Part shown: positions 38,573-47,663 of the stretch, one piece after another
How positions within the stretch are numbered: position 1 is the stretch's first letter
Layout of the letters: the number at the start of each line of letters is the position of its first letter
From: Candidatus Omnitrophota bacterium
GTDB taxonomy: Bacteria > Omnitrophota > Gorgyraeia > Zapsychrales > Zapsychraceae
Assembly (NCBI GenBank): GCA_035292445.1
Contig: DATDQB010000021.1
Span: 1 to 57,391, forward strand
Length of the DNA stretch: 57,391 nt
Direction: 5' to 3'
The notes under the pieces: generated by a model
What the model was told of the DNA's origin: nothing
Databases searched by the model: none
The model's input: the letters and a program-made list of their open reading frames with translations, nothing else
Position numbers and translations under genes: made by a program

Positions 38573-39864
38573 TGGATAGAAAAAAATTTCTTTTTGTTTC
38601 TTATGATGCGTTAATCAATGACGTGGCCTGGCAGGTTGTTGAACAAGGCCATGATGTCAAATATTTTATAAAAAGCAAAGAGGCCAGGGACATTGCCGAC
38701 GGATTTGTCCCTAAAAGCGATGATTGGAAGAAGGATGTTGATTGGGCCGATATTGTTGTCTTTGATGACGTGTTGGGCTTTGGCAAGGAGGCGCAGGCTT
38801 TGCGTGCGAAAGGCAGGCTTTGTATCGGCGGCAGCGAGTATACGGATAGGCTGGAAGATGACCGCACCTTTGGCCAAGAGGAGCTTAAAAAAGCCGGAGT
38901 CAATATTATTCCATTTCAGGAGTTTACTTCCTTTGATGACGCCATTGATTATGTCAAAAAGAACCCTTCCCGCTATGTGATCAAGCCCAGCGGGGAGGCG
39001 CAAAATATCAAGCGGCTTCTTTTTGTCGGTGAGGAGGAAGACGGCATTGATGTCATTCAGGTCCTGGAGGCGTATAAAAAAGCGTGGTCAAAGGAGATCA
39101 AGGTCTTTCAGCTGCAAAAACGCATGACCGGCGTTGAGGTTGCCGTCGGCGCTTTTTTTAACGGCAAAGAGTTCATGATGCCGATCAATATTAACTTTGA
39201 GCATAAGAAGCTTTTTCCCGGCAACATCGGCCCCTCAACGGGGGAGATGGGCACCTCGATGTATTGGAGCGTGGAAAATAAAATTTTCAACGCGACTTTA
39301 AAGAAAATAGAGCCGAAACTTAAGGAAGAAGGGTATATCGGCTACATCGACATCAACTGCATCGTCAACAATAACGGCATTTATCCGCTGGAATTTACCG
39401 CCCGCTTCGGATATCCGACCATAACGATTCAGTCCGAAGGGATCTTGATGCCGATCAGCGAATTTTTCTACGGTATGGCCGAGGGAAGCTTGAAAACATT
39501 TAAAACCAAAAGCGGTTTTCAGGTCGGCGTGCGGGTGGTCGTGCCGCCATATCCCTTTACTGATAAACAGACCTTTGATGCCTATTCGAAAGACGCCGCC
39601 ATTCTTTTTAAGAAGCCGAATTTGGACGGGATCCATATCGGTGACGTGAAGTTGGTCAATGACGAATGGCTGGTGGCCGGCGATGTCGGGGTCGTGTTGG
39701 TCGTCTGCGGCACGGGTTCGACCATGAAGGAAGCGCAGGCCCAGGCGTACCGGCGCTTAAGCAATGTCATGATCCCGGGGATGTATTACCGCACCGACAT
39801 CGGGGATCGCTGGTATGAAGACAGCGACCGGCTGCACAGCTGGGGGTATTTGCGGGAGATTTAG
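38572..39864 (+). CDS. Atypical phosphoribosylamine-glycine ligase-like (PurD-like) ATP-grasp enzyme
   Basis: ATP-grasp motifs (YVIKPSG, FEHKKLF, GPSTGEMG, LEFTARFGYP) and YYRTDIG. Lacks the canonical PurD GSGGREHA N-terminus. Confidence 0.72.
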   Translation: MDRKKFLFVSYDALINDVAWQVVEQGHDVKYFIKSKEARDIADGFVPKSDDWKKDVDWADIVVFDDVLGFGKEAQALRAKGRLCIGGSEYTDRLEDDRTFGQEELKKAGVNIIPFQEFTSFDDAIDYVKKNPSRYVIKPSGEAQNIKRLLFVGEEEDGIDVIQVLEAYKKAWSKEIKVFQLQKRMTGVEVAVGAFFNGKEFMMPININFEHKKLFPGNIGPSTGEMGTSMYWSVENKIFNATLKKIEPKLKEEGYIGYIDINCIVNNNGIYPLEFTARFGYPTITIQSEGILMPISEFFYGMAEGSLKTFKTKSGFQVGVRVVVPPYPFTDKQTFDAYSKDAAILFKKPNLDGIHIGDVKLVNDEWLVAGDVGVVLVVCGTGSTMKEAQAQAYRRLSNVMIPGMYYRTDIGDRWYEDSDRLHSWGYLREI

Positions 39865-39987
39865 TTATGTAGATTTGCCCTGCATTTGGCGGCAGATTTT
39901 TGCCCTGCCCCCGCCTTTTCTGAATAATTTATTAAGGTAGGCGGGGACTGGGCAAAGTTTTTCTCGGAAAGATTTTTGTGGTAACTT

Positions 39988-40062
39988 TGCCCTGTCGTCT
40001 AACAGGTAGGACATGAGAATCTGGATCTCAGTATCTTGGTTCGATTCCAAGCGGGGCAGCCA
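39988..40062 (+). tRNA. tRNA-Gln (anticodon CTG), CCA encoded
   Basis: Acceptor TGCCCTG/CGGGGCA (U1-A72), D arm GTCT/GGAC, anticodon arm TGAGA-ATCTGGA-TCTCA, T arm CTTGG-TTCGATT-CCAAG. Confidence 0.93.
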
Positions 40063-40149
40063 TAAACCACTCGCTAACGCTCGGGTTTATGGCCCTGAAC
40101 CCGAGCGAGCCCCGAACCATACGGTTCAGGGCGAGCGAGTGGTTCAGGG
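40060..40149. repeat. Nested inverted-repeat element between tRNA-Gln and the GIY-YIG gene
   Basis: CCATAAACC/GGTTTATGG, AACCACTCGCT/AGCGAGTGGTT and GCCCTGAACC/GGTTCAGGGC, plus a third GGTTCAGGG arm. Confidence 0.75.
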
Positions 40150-40162
40150 TGGTTCGTATGAT

Positions 40163-40456
40163 ATGATGTACTACGTCTATGTACTCTTCAGCCTCAAGGA
40201 TAAAAAGTTTTATATCGGCTTTAGCGCGGATGTCCAAAGGCGTCTTGAGGAGCACAATCAGGGAAAGAACATAAGCACGAAACCTCGACGACCTTTTGTG
40301 TTGATTTACTATGAAGGGCATTATTCTAAAGCCGATGCTCAAAGACGTGAACGATATTTTAAGACAACTAAAGGTAAAGCCACACTGAAACAGATGTTAA
40401 GACAATCCATTTCAGACGTGTCTGTTTTAGGGGAAATATCTATAAATAAAAATTGA
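40163..40456 (+). CDS. Small GIY-YIG nuclease
   Basis: YYVYVL...FYIGFS...RRLEEHNQG...TKPRRP...YYE...A..RERYFK. Confidence 0.9.
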   Translation: MMYYVYVLFSLKDKKFYIGFSADVQRRLEEHNQGKNISTKPRRPFVLIYYEGHYSKADAQRRERYFKTTKGKATLKQMLRQSISDVSVLGEISINKN

Positions 40457-40491
40457 AGAGATCCATAAATTAGTTATAATTAAACTTGGAA

Positions 40492-40545
40492 GGCGATGAG
40501 GTTCGCCAAAACCACCCGGCAATAATGCGGGATGATAACCTCTAC
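40492..40545 (+). ncRNA. Fluoride riboswitch (crcB motif)
   Basis: GGCGATGAGGTTCGCC P1 followed by TGATAACCTCTAC pseudoknot partner, matching the crcB consensus GGCGAUG..GUUCGCC...UGAUGACUUCUAC. Confidence 0.88.
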
Positions 40546-40568
40546 TGAAAAAACGGTAGAGGTTTTTT
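40537..40568 (+). terminator. Riboswitch expression-platform terminator
   Basis: AACCTCTAC/GTAGAGGTT stem plus TTTTTT, overlapping the aptamer 3' strand. Confidence 0.82.
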
Positions 40569-40588
40569 ATTGGAAAGGAAATGAATAT

Positions 40589-41794
40589 ATGGAAAACATT
40601 TTTACAATTGCCGCACTCTGGCTCGGCTTCGCCGTATTATCAACCGTTATTGCCTATCATTTGAGGATTTCAATTGCCCTGGTAGAAATTTGCGTGGGGG
40701 TTGTTGCTGCCGCCATAGCGAATCAGTTTTTCGGCCAGGATGTTCTGGGCAGTAATCTGGAGTGGTTGCGTTTTCTGGCGGCAACGGGCGCTGTTTTACT
40801 GACATTTTTGGCAGGGGCGGAACTCGACCCGCGAGTTATTCGCACAAAATGGAAAGAAGTCTTAATCGTCGGGGTTTTCGGTTTCCTGGCGCCGTTTTTA
40901 GGCTGCGCGGCATTGGCCCATTTTGTCCTCCATTGGAATATCCAGGCAAGCTGGTTGGCGGGGGTGGCGCTTTCGACGACCTCGATGGCGGTCGTGTATG
41001 CCGTGATGCTGGAAACAGGTTTTAATAGAACTGAATTTGGGAAAGGTATTCTGGGTGCGTGTTTTATTAATGATTTGGGAACTGTTTTGGCGCTGGGGCT
41101 TTTGTTTGCGCCATTCACCTACAAAACGGTTATCTTTGTTCTTGTCAGCGCGATCGTCCTTGCTTTGTTCCCCTTTCTTACCTCATTATTAACGAAAATC
41201 TACGGCAACAGAACCGCGGCTATCAGGGCAAAATGGGTTATGTTCGTTTTATTTGGGCTGGGAGCCCTGGCGTTGTGGTCGGGCAGCGAGGCCGTCTTGC
41301 CGGCTTATATCGCCGGCATGCTTTTGGCCGAATTCGCGACAAAAGAAGAACATTGGGTAAAACGCCTACGAACGCTCACGGTCGGTTTTCTTACGCCGTT
41401 TTATTTCCTTCGGGCGGGAACGCTCGTTTCGGTGCCGGCGCTAGTGGCTGCGCCTATTATTTTTATGGTTTTGTTAGGAGGTAAAGTTGCGTCTAAGATT
41501 TTCGGATTATATCCGGTCATCAGCCGCTTCCGCCAAAACAATAGCGAACGATGGTTTTATACGCTTATGATGTCGACCGGATTGACGTTTGGGACCATTT
41601 CCGCTTTGTACGGCCTCTCGCATGGAATAGTCACTCAGGAACAATATTCTTTTCTTGTCGCCGCCGTGATCGCGAGCGCCGTTATTCCTACCATGATCGC
41701 CAACTTTGCATTCTTGCCCAAACATCTTCTCCCGGACGTTGCCGTGAAAAAACAGATGGGAAAAATTTCAGAAGGCGGCATAGATGAGGAATAA
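40589..41794 (+). CDS. Cation:proton antiporter (CPA family), under the fluoride riboswitch
   Basis: About 12 TM segments; FLAGAELD, LSTTSMAVV, CFINDLG, FLTPFYF and STGLTFG. Confidence 0.88.
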   Translation: MENIFTIAALWLGFAVLSTVIAYHLRISIALVEICVGVVAAAIANQFFGQDVLGSNLEWLRFLAATGAVLLTFLAGAELDPRVIRTKWKEVLIVGVFGFLAPFLGCAALAHFVLHWNIQASWLAGVALSTTSMAVVYAVMLETGFNRTEFGKGILGACFINDLGTVLALGLLFAPFTYKTVIFVLVSAIVLALFPFLTSLLTKIYGNRTAAIRAKWVMFVLFGLGALALWSGSEAVLPAYIAGMLLAEFATKEEHWVKRLRTLTVGFLTPFYFLRAGTLVSVPALVAAPIIFMVLLGGKVASKIFGLYPVISRFRQNNSERWFYTLMMSTGLTFGTISALYGLSHGIVTQEQYSFLVAAVIASAVIPTMIANFAFLPKHLLPDVAVKKQMGKISEGGIDEE

Positions 41795-41968
41795 TCGCTT
41801 TTGAGGGGAATATTCAGGAATTATCCTTTATGTTTTAGCGTGTGTAATAGCCAAGAATTAAACAATAAAAAGTTTTGATGTCGGTATGTTCGGGTGTATA
41901 ATTCAGTTTGTCCTTCCCAAAAAAACGAATATTAATCTCACGCACTATTAAACCGTAAGGGGAATTCG

Positions 41969-42601
41969 ATGTTAATCGCCAGATTATTTCCACAAGAGTT
42001 TAATTTTTTTGATTTCTTCGAACAGCAGGTCAATTATGCGGTCGCGGCGGCGGAAAAACTTGATGAAATTGTCCGTACCCCGGGCCCGCTTTCTGAAGCC
42101 AACTATGAGTATATTCGCGACCTGGAACATAAAGGGGATAAGGCCGCGCACACCATTATCGATCAATTGAATAAGACTTTTATCGCGCCGTTTGACCGCG
42201 AAGATATTCACGAGCTCGCCAAAGAGATCGATGACATCACCGATATGGTCAATACGATCGTCAGCCGTTTGAGAGTATATAAGATCCAAGGAGGGGATAA
42301 GCATTTTATCGAGTTTTCGGCCATGATCAAGACTTCCGTGAAGGAGGTTGCCTCGGCCGTCAAGGGATTGCGCGACACAAAGAACGCCAAGTCCATATTT
42401 AAATCCTGTATGGAAGTGAATCGTCTGGAGAGCCTGGGCGATAAGAAGAGAGACCAGGTTTTTGCGGAGCTGTTCGAAAACGCCAAAGACCCTGTCCAAC
42501 TCATCAAATGGAAAGAAATCTACGAAGACGCGGAGACGCTTCTTGATATCTGCGAAGACGTCGCCCATGTGGTCGAATCAATCCTTGTTAAGCATCTTTA
42601 A
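41969..42601 (+). CDS. DUF47 / PhoU-like PiT accessory protein
   Basis: LEHKGD, FIAPFDREDI, LESLGD, IKWKEIYEDAE..LD.CEDVA. Confidence 0.9.
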   Translation: MLIARLFPQEFNFFDFFEQQVNYAVAAAEKLDEIVRTPGPLSEANYEYIRDLEHKGDKAAHTIIDQLNKTFIAPFDREDIHELAKEIDDITDMVNTIVSRLRVYKIQGGDKHFIEFSAMIKTSVKEVASAVKGLRDTKNAKSIFKSCMEVNRLESLGDKKRDQVFAELFENAKDPVQLIKWKEIYEDAETLLDICEDVAHVVESILVKHL

Positions 42602-42604
42602 TGT

Positions 42605-43603
42605 ATGACATTATCGATCATTTTTCTAATTTTTCTCGCCCTTGCCTTTGATTTCCTCAACGGATTCCATGATTCAGCCAATTCGATAGCCACGGTCGTC
42701 TCAACCCGTGTTTTAACTCCGCGTCAGGCTGTCTTGTGGGCGGCCTTTTTTAATTTTGCGGCGCTTTTTTTCTTCGGGCTGCATGTGGCCAAAACGATGG
42801 GCAAAGGGATCATCGATATCAATATCATCGATCAGCAAATAATATTCGGAACGCTGATGGGAGCCTGCCTATGGAACATCATCACTTGGTATTTCGGCCT
42901 GCCGACAAGTTCTTCCCATGCTTTGATCGGAGGGATGATCGGTGCCGCTCTTGTTAAGGTCGGTCCCGAAGCCCTGGTTATGAAAGGGATCCTCAAGACG
43001 GCAATATTTATACTCGTTTCTCCTTTGCTCGGCCTTACTTTCGGGTTATTGATGGGGATAATCGTTTATGGGGCATTTCGTAAGAGCGCGCCTTCTAAAG
43101 TGGACCATATTTTCAGAAAAGGGCAATTGATCTCCGCTGCGCTTTACAGTTTAGGTCACGGAGGTAATGACGCCCAAAAAACCATGGGCATCATCGCCAG
43201 CCTTTTGTTCAGCGCCGGCTTATTGGGAGATACATTTTATATACCGGTATGGGTCATTATTGCCTGCTATGTTGCGATCGCTTTGGGGACGATGTTCGGC
43301 GGCTGGCGCATCGTGAAGACAATGGGGCAGCGTGTGGTTAAACTTAAACCCGTGGACGGTTTTTGCGCGGAAACGGGGGCGGCCATTACGTTATTTATTT
43401 CTTCGGGGTTTGGCATTCCGGTAAGTACGACACATACGATCACAGGAGCGATCATGGGGGTCGGTTCTGTGAAACGTTTAGGCGCCGTGCGCTGGGGCAT
43501 TGCGCAAAGGATCATCATGGCGTGGATCCTGACGATCCCCTGTTCCGCGGCCATCTCCGCTTCAATGTATCTTCTTGCCGACCGGCTTCCTCTGGGGTTT
43601 TAA
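42605..43603 (+). CDS. Inorganic phosphate transporter (PiT family)
   Basis: NGFHDSANSIAT, GLPTSSSHAL, GHGGNDAQK, PVSTTHTITG. Confidence 0.93.
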   Translation: MTLSIIFLIFLALAFDFLNGFHDSANSIATVVSTRVLTPRQAVLWAAFFNFAALFFFGLHVAKTMGKGIIDINIIDQQIIFGTLMGACLWNIITWYFGLPTSSSHALIGGMIGAALVKVGPEALVMKGILKTAIFILVSPLLGLTFGLLMGIIVYGAFRKSAPSKVDHIFRKGQLISAALYSLGHGGNDAQKTMGIIASLLFSAGLLGDTFYIPVWVIIACYVAIALGTMFGGWRIVKTMGQRVVKLKPVDGFCAETGAAITLFISSGFGIPVSTTHTITGAIMGVGSVKRLGAVRWGIAQRIIMAWILTIPCSAAISASMYLLADRLPLGF

Positions 43604-43607
43604 TCTT

Positions 43608-44471
43608 ATGTGGATTTTACTGGGATTTTTGACGGCCCTCTTTACAACCCTTCAGGAAATCGTCACCAAAAAGATCGTCGGGAAGATTGACCCTTACGTG
43701 ATCGCGTGGAGCTGGCTGTTTTTTTCCCTGCCGTTTTACCTGGTTGTGTTCCTGAAAGAACCGATGCCGGTAATCGGGCCGCAGTTTTGGAAAGCGGTCA
43801 TCGTTTCCACGGTAATACTTAGCGTTGCCTGCGTTTATTACGTCAAAGCCATTCAGGTTTCCGATCTTTCTTTATGCGTGCCGATGCTCGCCTTTACGCC
43901 GCTTTTTCTTCTGGTAACCTCGCCTCTTTTGGTGAATGAGTTTCCCACACCTATCGGCTTGGTCGGCGTTGTTGTCATCGTTATCGGAAGCTACATCCTG
44001 AATATAAAAGACCGCGCCAAAGGCTGGCTGATGCCTTTTAAAGACCTGATCACGCAAAGGGGCCCGCGGTATATGTTAATTGTCGCGTTTTTGTTCAGCA
44101 TCGGCGCCAATATGGATAAGATCGGTGTGGTGAATTCATCCCCGATCGTGTGGATTTTTACTTTGAATTTGAGCGTTTGCGTTATCCTGACATTTGTGAT
44201 GCTCAAGAAATCCTCTAACATTTTTCCGCAGCTCAAGTCGCAGTTTGGCTGGCTTTGCCTGGCCGGATTTTACAACGGCGCGGCGATTTTATTCCAGATG
44301 GTCGCCATCCAAATGACGCTGGTGCCGTATTTGATCGCTGTCAAGCGCACCAGTGCCCTCATGACCGTTTTTTACGGTCTGTTGATCCTCAAAGAAGAAG
44401 GGTTGAAAGAGCGTCTTCTCGGAGCATTCTTAATGGTTTTAGGCGTTTATCTGATCGCTTTTACTCAGTAA
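43608..44471 (+). CDS. EamA/DMT family transporter
   Basis: Two hydrophobic halves; SDLSLCVPMLAFTP and YLIAVKRTS. Confidence 0.88.
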   Translation: MWILLGFLTALFTTLQEIVTKKIVGKIDPYVIAWSWLFFSLPFYLVVFLKEPMPVIGPQFWKAVIVSTVILSVACVYYVKAIQVSDLSLCVPMLAFTPLFLLVTSPLLVNEFPTPIGLVGVVVIVIGSYILNIKDRAKGWLMPFKDLITQRGPRYMLIVAFLFSIGANMDKIGVVNSSPIVWIFTLNLSVCVILTFVMLKKSSNIFPQLKSQFGWLCLAGFYNGAAILFQMVAIQMTLVPYLIAVKRTSALMTVFYGLLILKEEGLKERLLGAFLMVLGVYLIAFTQ

Positions 44472-44474
44472 ACC

Positions 44475-45224
44475 ATGCGGACCAATTTAACTTTTCGTTT
44501 TATCGGCGAATGTAATCTTTTTCTGGATAAAGAAAAGCGTTATCGGATTTTTTCCCTCACCGTCAATGATCGCCCTTCCGTTAAAGACACGATCGAAGCC
44601 CTGGGCGTTCCGCATACTGAAGTGGATGGAATCATCGTCAACGGACAACCCGTCACGTTCATTTATCAGCTTAAGGACGGCGATTCGATCAGGGTTTATC
44701 CGCGTTGGGGAAGACAAGCGAGAGCGGGCCATAGGTCCCTTCAAAAACATTTACCGCTTCATCCACGCTTTGTTTGCGATGTCCATCTGGGAAAATTGGT
44801 GCGGCATTTGCGATTATTGGGTTTTGATGCCTGCTATAAAATTGATTTCAAAGACGATGAAATCGTGGAATTGGCAGCGAAACAACGGCGGATCATCTTA
44901 ACGCGCGATATCGGTTTACTGAAAAATAAGAGAATCGTCTGGGGTTATTTTGTACGCACGATGGATTCCAATAAACAGATCAAGGAAGTCGTCAAACACC
45001 TTCGATTAAGCCCCAAAGTCCGTCCTTTCCGGCTTTGCTTGAATTGTAACGGCCGCATTCAGCGCATCGCCAAATCAAAAGTGGCGGAGAAGCTTCCTCC
45101 CAAAGTGCGCGCCCATTATCAAGAATTTTACATCTGCAAAAGTTGTGATAAAATATATTGGAAAGGTTCCCATCACAGAAGACTCCATCTAATCGTTTCT
45201 CAGGTTCTGAAGTTGGATTGTTAA
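44475..45224 (+). CDS. Mut7-C RNase domain protein with N-terminal ubiquitin-like domain
   Basis: SVKDTIEALGVPHTEV, FVCDVHLGKLVRHLRLLGFD, ILTRD, CLNCNG and C..C.KIYWKGSH. Confidence 0.9.
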   Translation: MRTNLTFRFIGECNLFLDKEKRYRIFSLTVNDRPSVKDTIEALGVPHTEVDGIIVNGQPVTFIYQLKDGDSIRVYPRWGRQARAGHRSLQKHLPLHPRFVCDVHLGKLVRHLRLLGFDACYKIDFKDDEIVELAAKQRRIILTRDIGLLKNKRIVWGYFVRTMDSNKQIKEVVKHLRLSPKVRPFRLCLNCNGRIQRIAKSKVAEKLPPKVRAHYQEFYICKSCDKIYWKGSHHRRLHLIVSQVLKLDC

Positions 45225-45240
45225 AATTAGGAAAGGAGGA

Positions 45241-45404
45241 ATGTTTATGAAATTATGGAAAACATTCGCAGTCTTCATTCCTACCATCACCGTTTCGGGA
45301 CGTTCTTAAAAACGATTCCTTTGCCCGTTAATGCCGATACGGAGAAAGTGAAGACAGAGCAAAAAGGAGATGAGCTTGTTATTACCATGCCCAAGAAAAC
45401 GTAA
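45241..45404 (+). pseudogene. Hsp20/alpha-crystallin gene remnant with internal deletion
   Basis: RBS AGGAGG, then a signal-peptide-like start (MFMKLWKTFAVF). In another frame, the Hsp20 C-terminal signature RFGTFLKTIPLPVNAD...GDELVITMPK ends at TAA 45402-45404. Confidence 0.65.
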
Positions 45405-46434
45405 TTTACTATTCACTTTATTTTTAGGTTCCTTATTGGCTGTTTTTTCATTTTCCTGTGAGGCCAAATTGCAGCCCGATGAAGAAGCGACCATTGCCAT
45501 TTTTGAGCAGGCTTCACCTTCAGTTGCCTTTATCAAGAATGAGGCCGTGCAGGTGGACTGGTTCTCGGCAACGATCCAGGAGATCCCGCAGGGGGCCGGC
45601 TCAGGTTTTATTTGGGATGATGAAGGGCACATTGTCACCAATTTTCATGTGATCTACCAGGCCAACCGGATCGAGGTGGTTTTATCTGACCAAAAGGAGT
45701 ATCCGGCAAAGATCGTTGGCTTTTCCCCCGACCATGACCTGGCCGTCCTCAAGATCGATGCGCCGAAAGAGATATTGAGACCCTTACAAAAGGGAAGCTC
45801 AAGCGATCTGCGCGTCGGGCAAAAGGTGCTGGCGATCGGCAATCCCTTCGGGCTGGATACATCCCTCTCAACAGGGGTGGTGAGCGCGTTGGGACGCAGC
45901 ATCAACTCTATCAACGGCCGTAAGATCTATGATGTCATTCAAACGGACGCGGCCATTAATCCCGGTAATTCCGGCGGCCCGCTTTTGGATTCATCGGGGA
46001 GGCTGATCGGCGTTTTGACGGCTATTTTTTCGCCTTCGGGAACGTCCACAGGGGTGAGTTTCGCGATCCCGGCGGATGCGGTGAACCGTATTGTGCCGCA
46101 GCTTATTGAACACGGCGAGATCAAGCGCGCCGGTTTAGGCCTTGTTTTTGTGCCGGATCATATCCGCCGTCGCCTGGGGGTTGAGGGCGCGATCATTTTG
46201 CAAAAACAGCGCAACGGCGCCGCCGACCAAGCCGGATTGCAGGCCACCAAGCAAAGCAATTACGGCAGGGTCACGCTGGGGGATATTATTATTTCCATTG
46301 ATGGCCAGAAGATCACAAGTAGTGAAGACCTAATCGAATATCTGGATAAGAAAAGTAAAGGGGACAAGGTCGAGATCCGCTTCCTGCGCGATAAAAAAGA
46401 GTATGGGACAACGGCAGTTTTACAGGAATTGTAA
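45370..46434 (+). CDS. HtrA/DegP-like trypsin serine protease with one PDZ domain
   Basis: GSGFIWD, VTNFHV, DLAVL, IQTDAAINPGNSGGPL and GDIIISIDG. Confidence 0.92.
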   Translation: MSLLLPCPRKRNLLFTLFLGSLLAVFSFSCEAKLQPDEEATIAIFEQASPSVAFIKNEAVQVDWFSATIQEIPQGAGSGFIWDDEGHIVTNFHVIYQANRIEVVLSDQKEYPAKIVGFSPDHDLAVLKIDAPKEILRPLQKGSSSDLRVGQKVLAIGNPFGLDTSLSTGVVSALGRSINSINGRKIYDVIQTDAAINPGNSGGPLLDSSGRLIGVLTAIFSPSGTSTGVSFAIPADAVNRIVPQLIEHGEIKRAGLGLVFVPDHIRRRLGVEGAIILQKQRNGAADQAGLQATKQSNYGRVTLGDIIISIDGQKITSSEDLIEYLDKKSKGDKVEIRFLRDKKEYGTTAVLQEL

Positions 46435-46469
46435 TTGATACCCACACAAGTGTATGGTACAATCGGGGC

Positions 46470-47549
46470 ATGAATGAAGATCTCCCGATTCCCCAAGCCA
46501 AACGCCTTCACGGGCGCGGCGCCTCGTTCAATCCTGCCAATCGATTCGATAAAATTGAGATCGAGCAAGACCCGGATTTTCTGGACGAAGATGACCGCCC
46601 GGCCATCAAAACGGAATTTTATAAAGACACTACAAAGAAAATCATCAATTTTAACGACAGCCCTGACATTAGTTTTTCCGCGAGCGTCAATCCCTACCGC
46701 GGCTGTGAACACGGCTGCATCTATTGCTTCGCCCGGCCGACCCATGAATATTTCGGGCTTTCTTCGGGAGTAGATTTTGAGACAAAGATCTTCGTCAAAG
46801 AAGACGCCGCGCCGTTACTTACCAAGGAGTTAGGCAGGCCTTCCTGGGAGCCTCAGCCGGTGGTGGTGGGCTCGGCAACAGACCCTTACCAGCCTGTCGA
46901 AAGAAAGCTTAAGATCACGCGTGCCATTTTAGAAGTTTTTCTGCAATTTCGTAACCCGCTTGCCATCATTACCAAGAACAGTCTGGTCACCAGGGATATT
47001 GATCTTCTTAAGGGCTTGAATGAATATCAATGCTGCCTGGTCAATGTGTCCATTACCACGCTGGACCGCAAGCTCGCGCGCGTGATGGAGCCGCGCACGG
47101 CAACACCCGAGAATCGCCTTAAGGCCGTCGAGGCGCTTGCCAAGGAAGGCATTCCCGTTAATGTCATGGTCGCGCCGGTCATTCCGGGCTTAAATGATCA
47201 CGAGATCCCGCGGATCCTTAAGGCGGCCGCCGACGCGGGCGCGTGTTCCGCCGCCTACGTTGTCCTGCGGCTTCCTCATACCCTTAAAGATCTGTTCGAG
47301 GATTGGCTCACGCGCCATTTTCCGGATCGCAAGAATAAGATCCTCAACCGCATCCGCTCGATGCGCGGCGGGAAATTGTATGACGCGCAGTTTCACAAGC
47401 GTATGAGAGGCGAAGGCATCTTCGCCGAGCAGATCAAGCAAATGTTTGATGTAGCTTATAGAAAGTGTGGGCTGGATAAAAGGCAGCGGCCAACCCTTTC
47501 GATAGAGTATTTTCGTTCGCCCGCCGAAAAACAGCTCACCCTTTTCTAA
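46470..47549 (+). CDS. PA0069-family radical SAM protein (SplB-like)
   Basis: NPYRGCEHGCIYCFAR, GVDFETKIFVK, TDPYQPVE, MEPRTATP. Confidence 0.92.
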   Translation: MNEDLPIPQAKRLHGRGASFNPANRFDKIEIEQDPDFLDEDDRPAIKTEFYKDTTKKIINFNDSPDISFSASVNPYRGCEHGCIYCFARPTHEYFGLSSGVDFETKIFVKEDAAPLLTKELGRPSWEPQPVVVGSATDPYQPVERKLKITRAILEVFLQFRNPLAIITKNSLVTRDIDLLKGLNEYQCCLVNVSITTLDRKLARVMEPRTATPENRLKAVEALAKEGIPVNVMVAPVIPGLNDHEIPRILKAAADAGACSAAYVVLRLPHTLKDLFEDWLTRHFPDRKNKILNRIRSMRGGKLYDAQFHKRMRGEGIFAEQIKQMFDVAYRKCGLDKRQRPTLSIEYFRSPAEKQLTLF

Positions 47550-47632
47550 TTTGCCACCTTAAGTCCAAGGCCAAGATCAAATATAATTTGCCATATTTTA
47601 CTTGGTTTAATAGAATATTACCAATATCCCCA

Positions 47633-47663
47633 CCGCTCGATCTCCCCGCTAACAAAAGGGGGG
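47633..47663 (+). repeat. Island leader module, copy 1 (no clear cargo gene)
   Basis: CCGCTCGAT-CT-CCCCGCTAACAAAAGGGGGG, preceded by TAGAAT at 47611. Confidence 0.75.

Noticed and set aside
40013-40162. N-terminal extension of the GIY-YIG ORF
   Set aside because: It overlaps tRNA-Gln and the palindrome block; family similarity starts at MYYVY.
222-47441. Numerous 60-190-aa antisense or alternate-frame ORFs in the track (e.g. 2884..3384, 21591..22091, 35896..36456, 41984..42568)
   Set aside because: Fully nested in well-supported genes, with no motifs or RBS; expected shadows in moderately GC-rich coding DNA.
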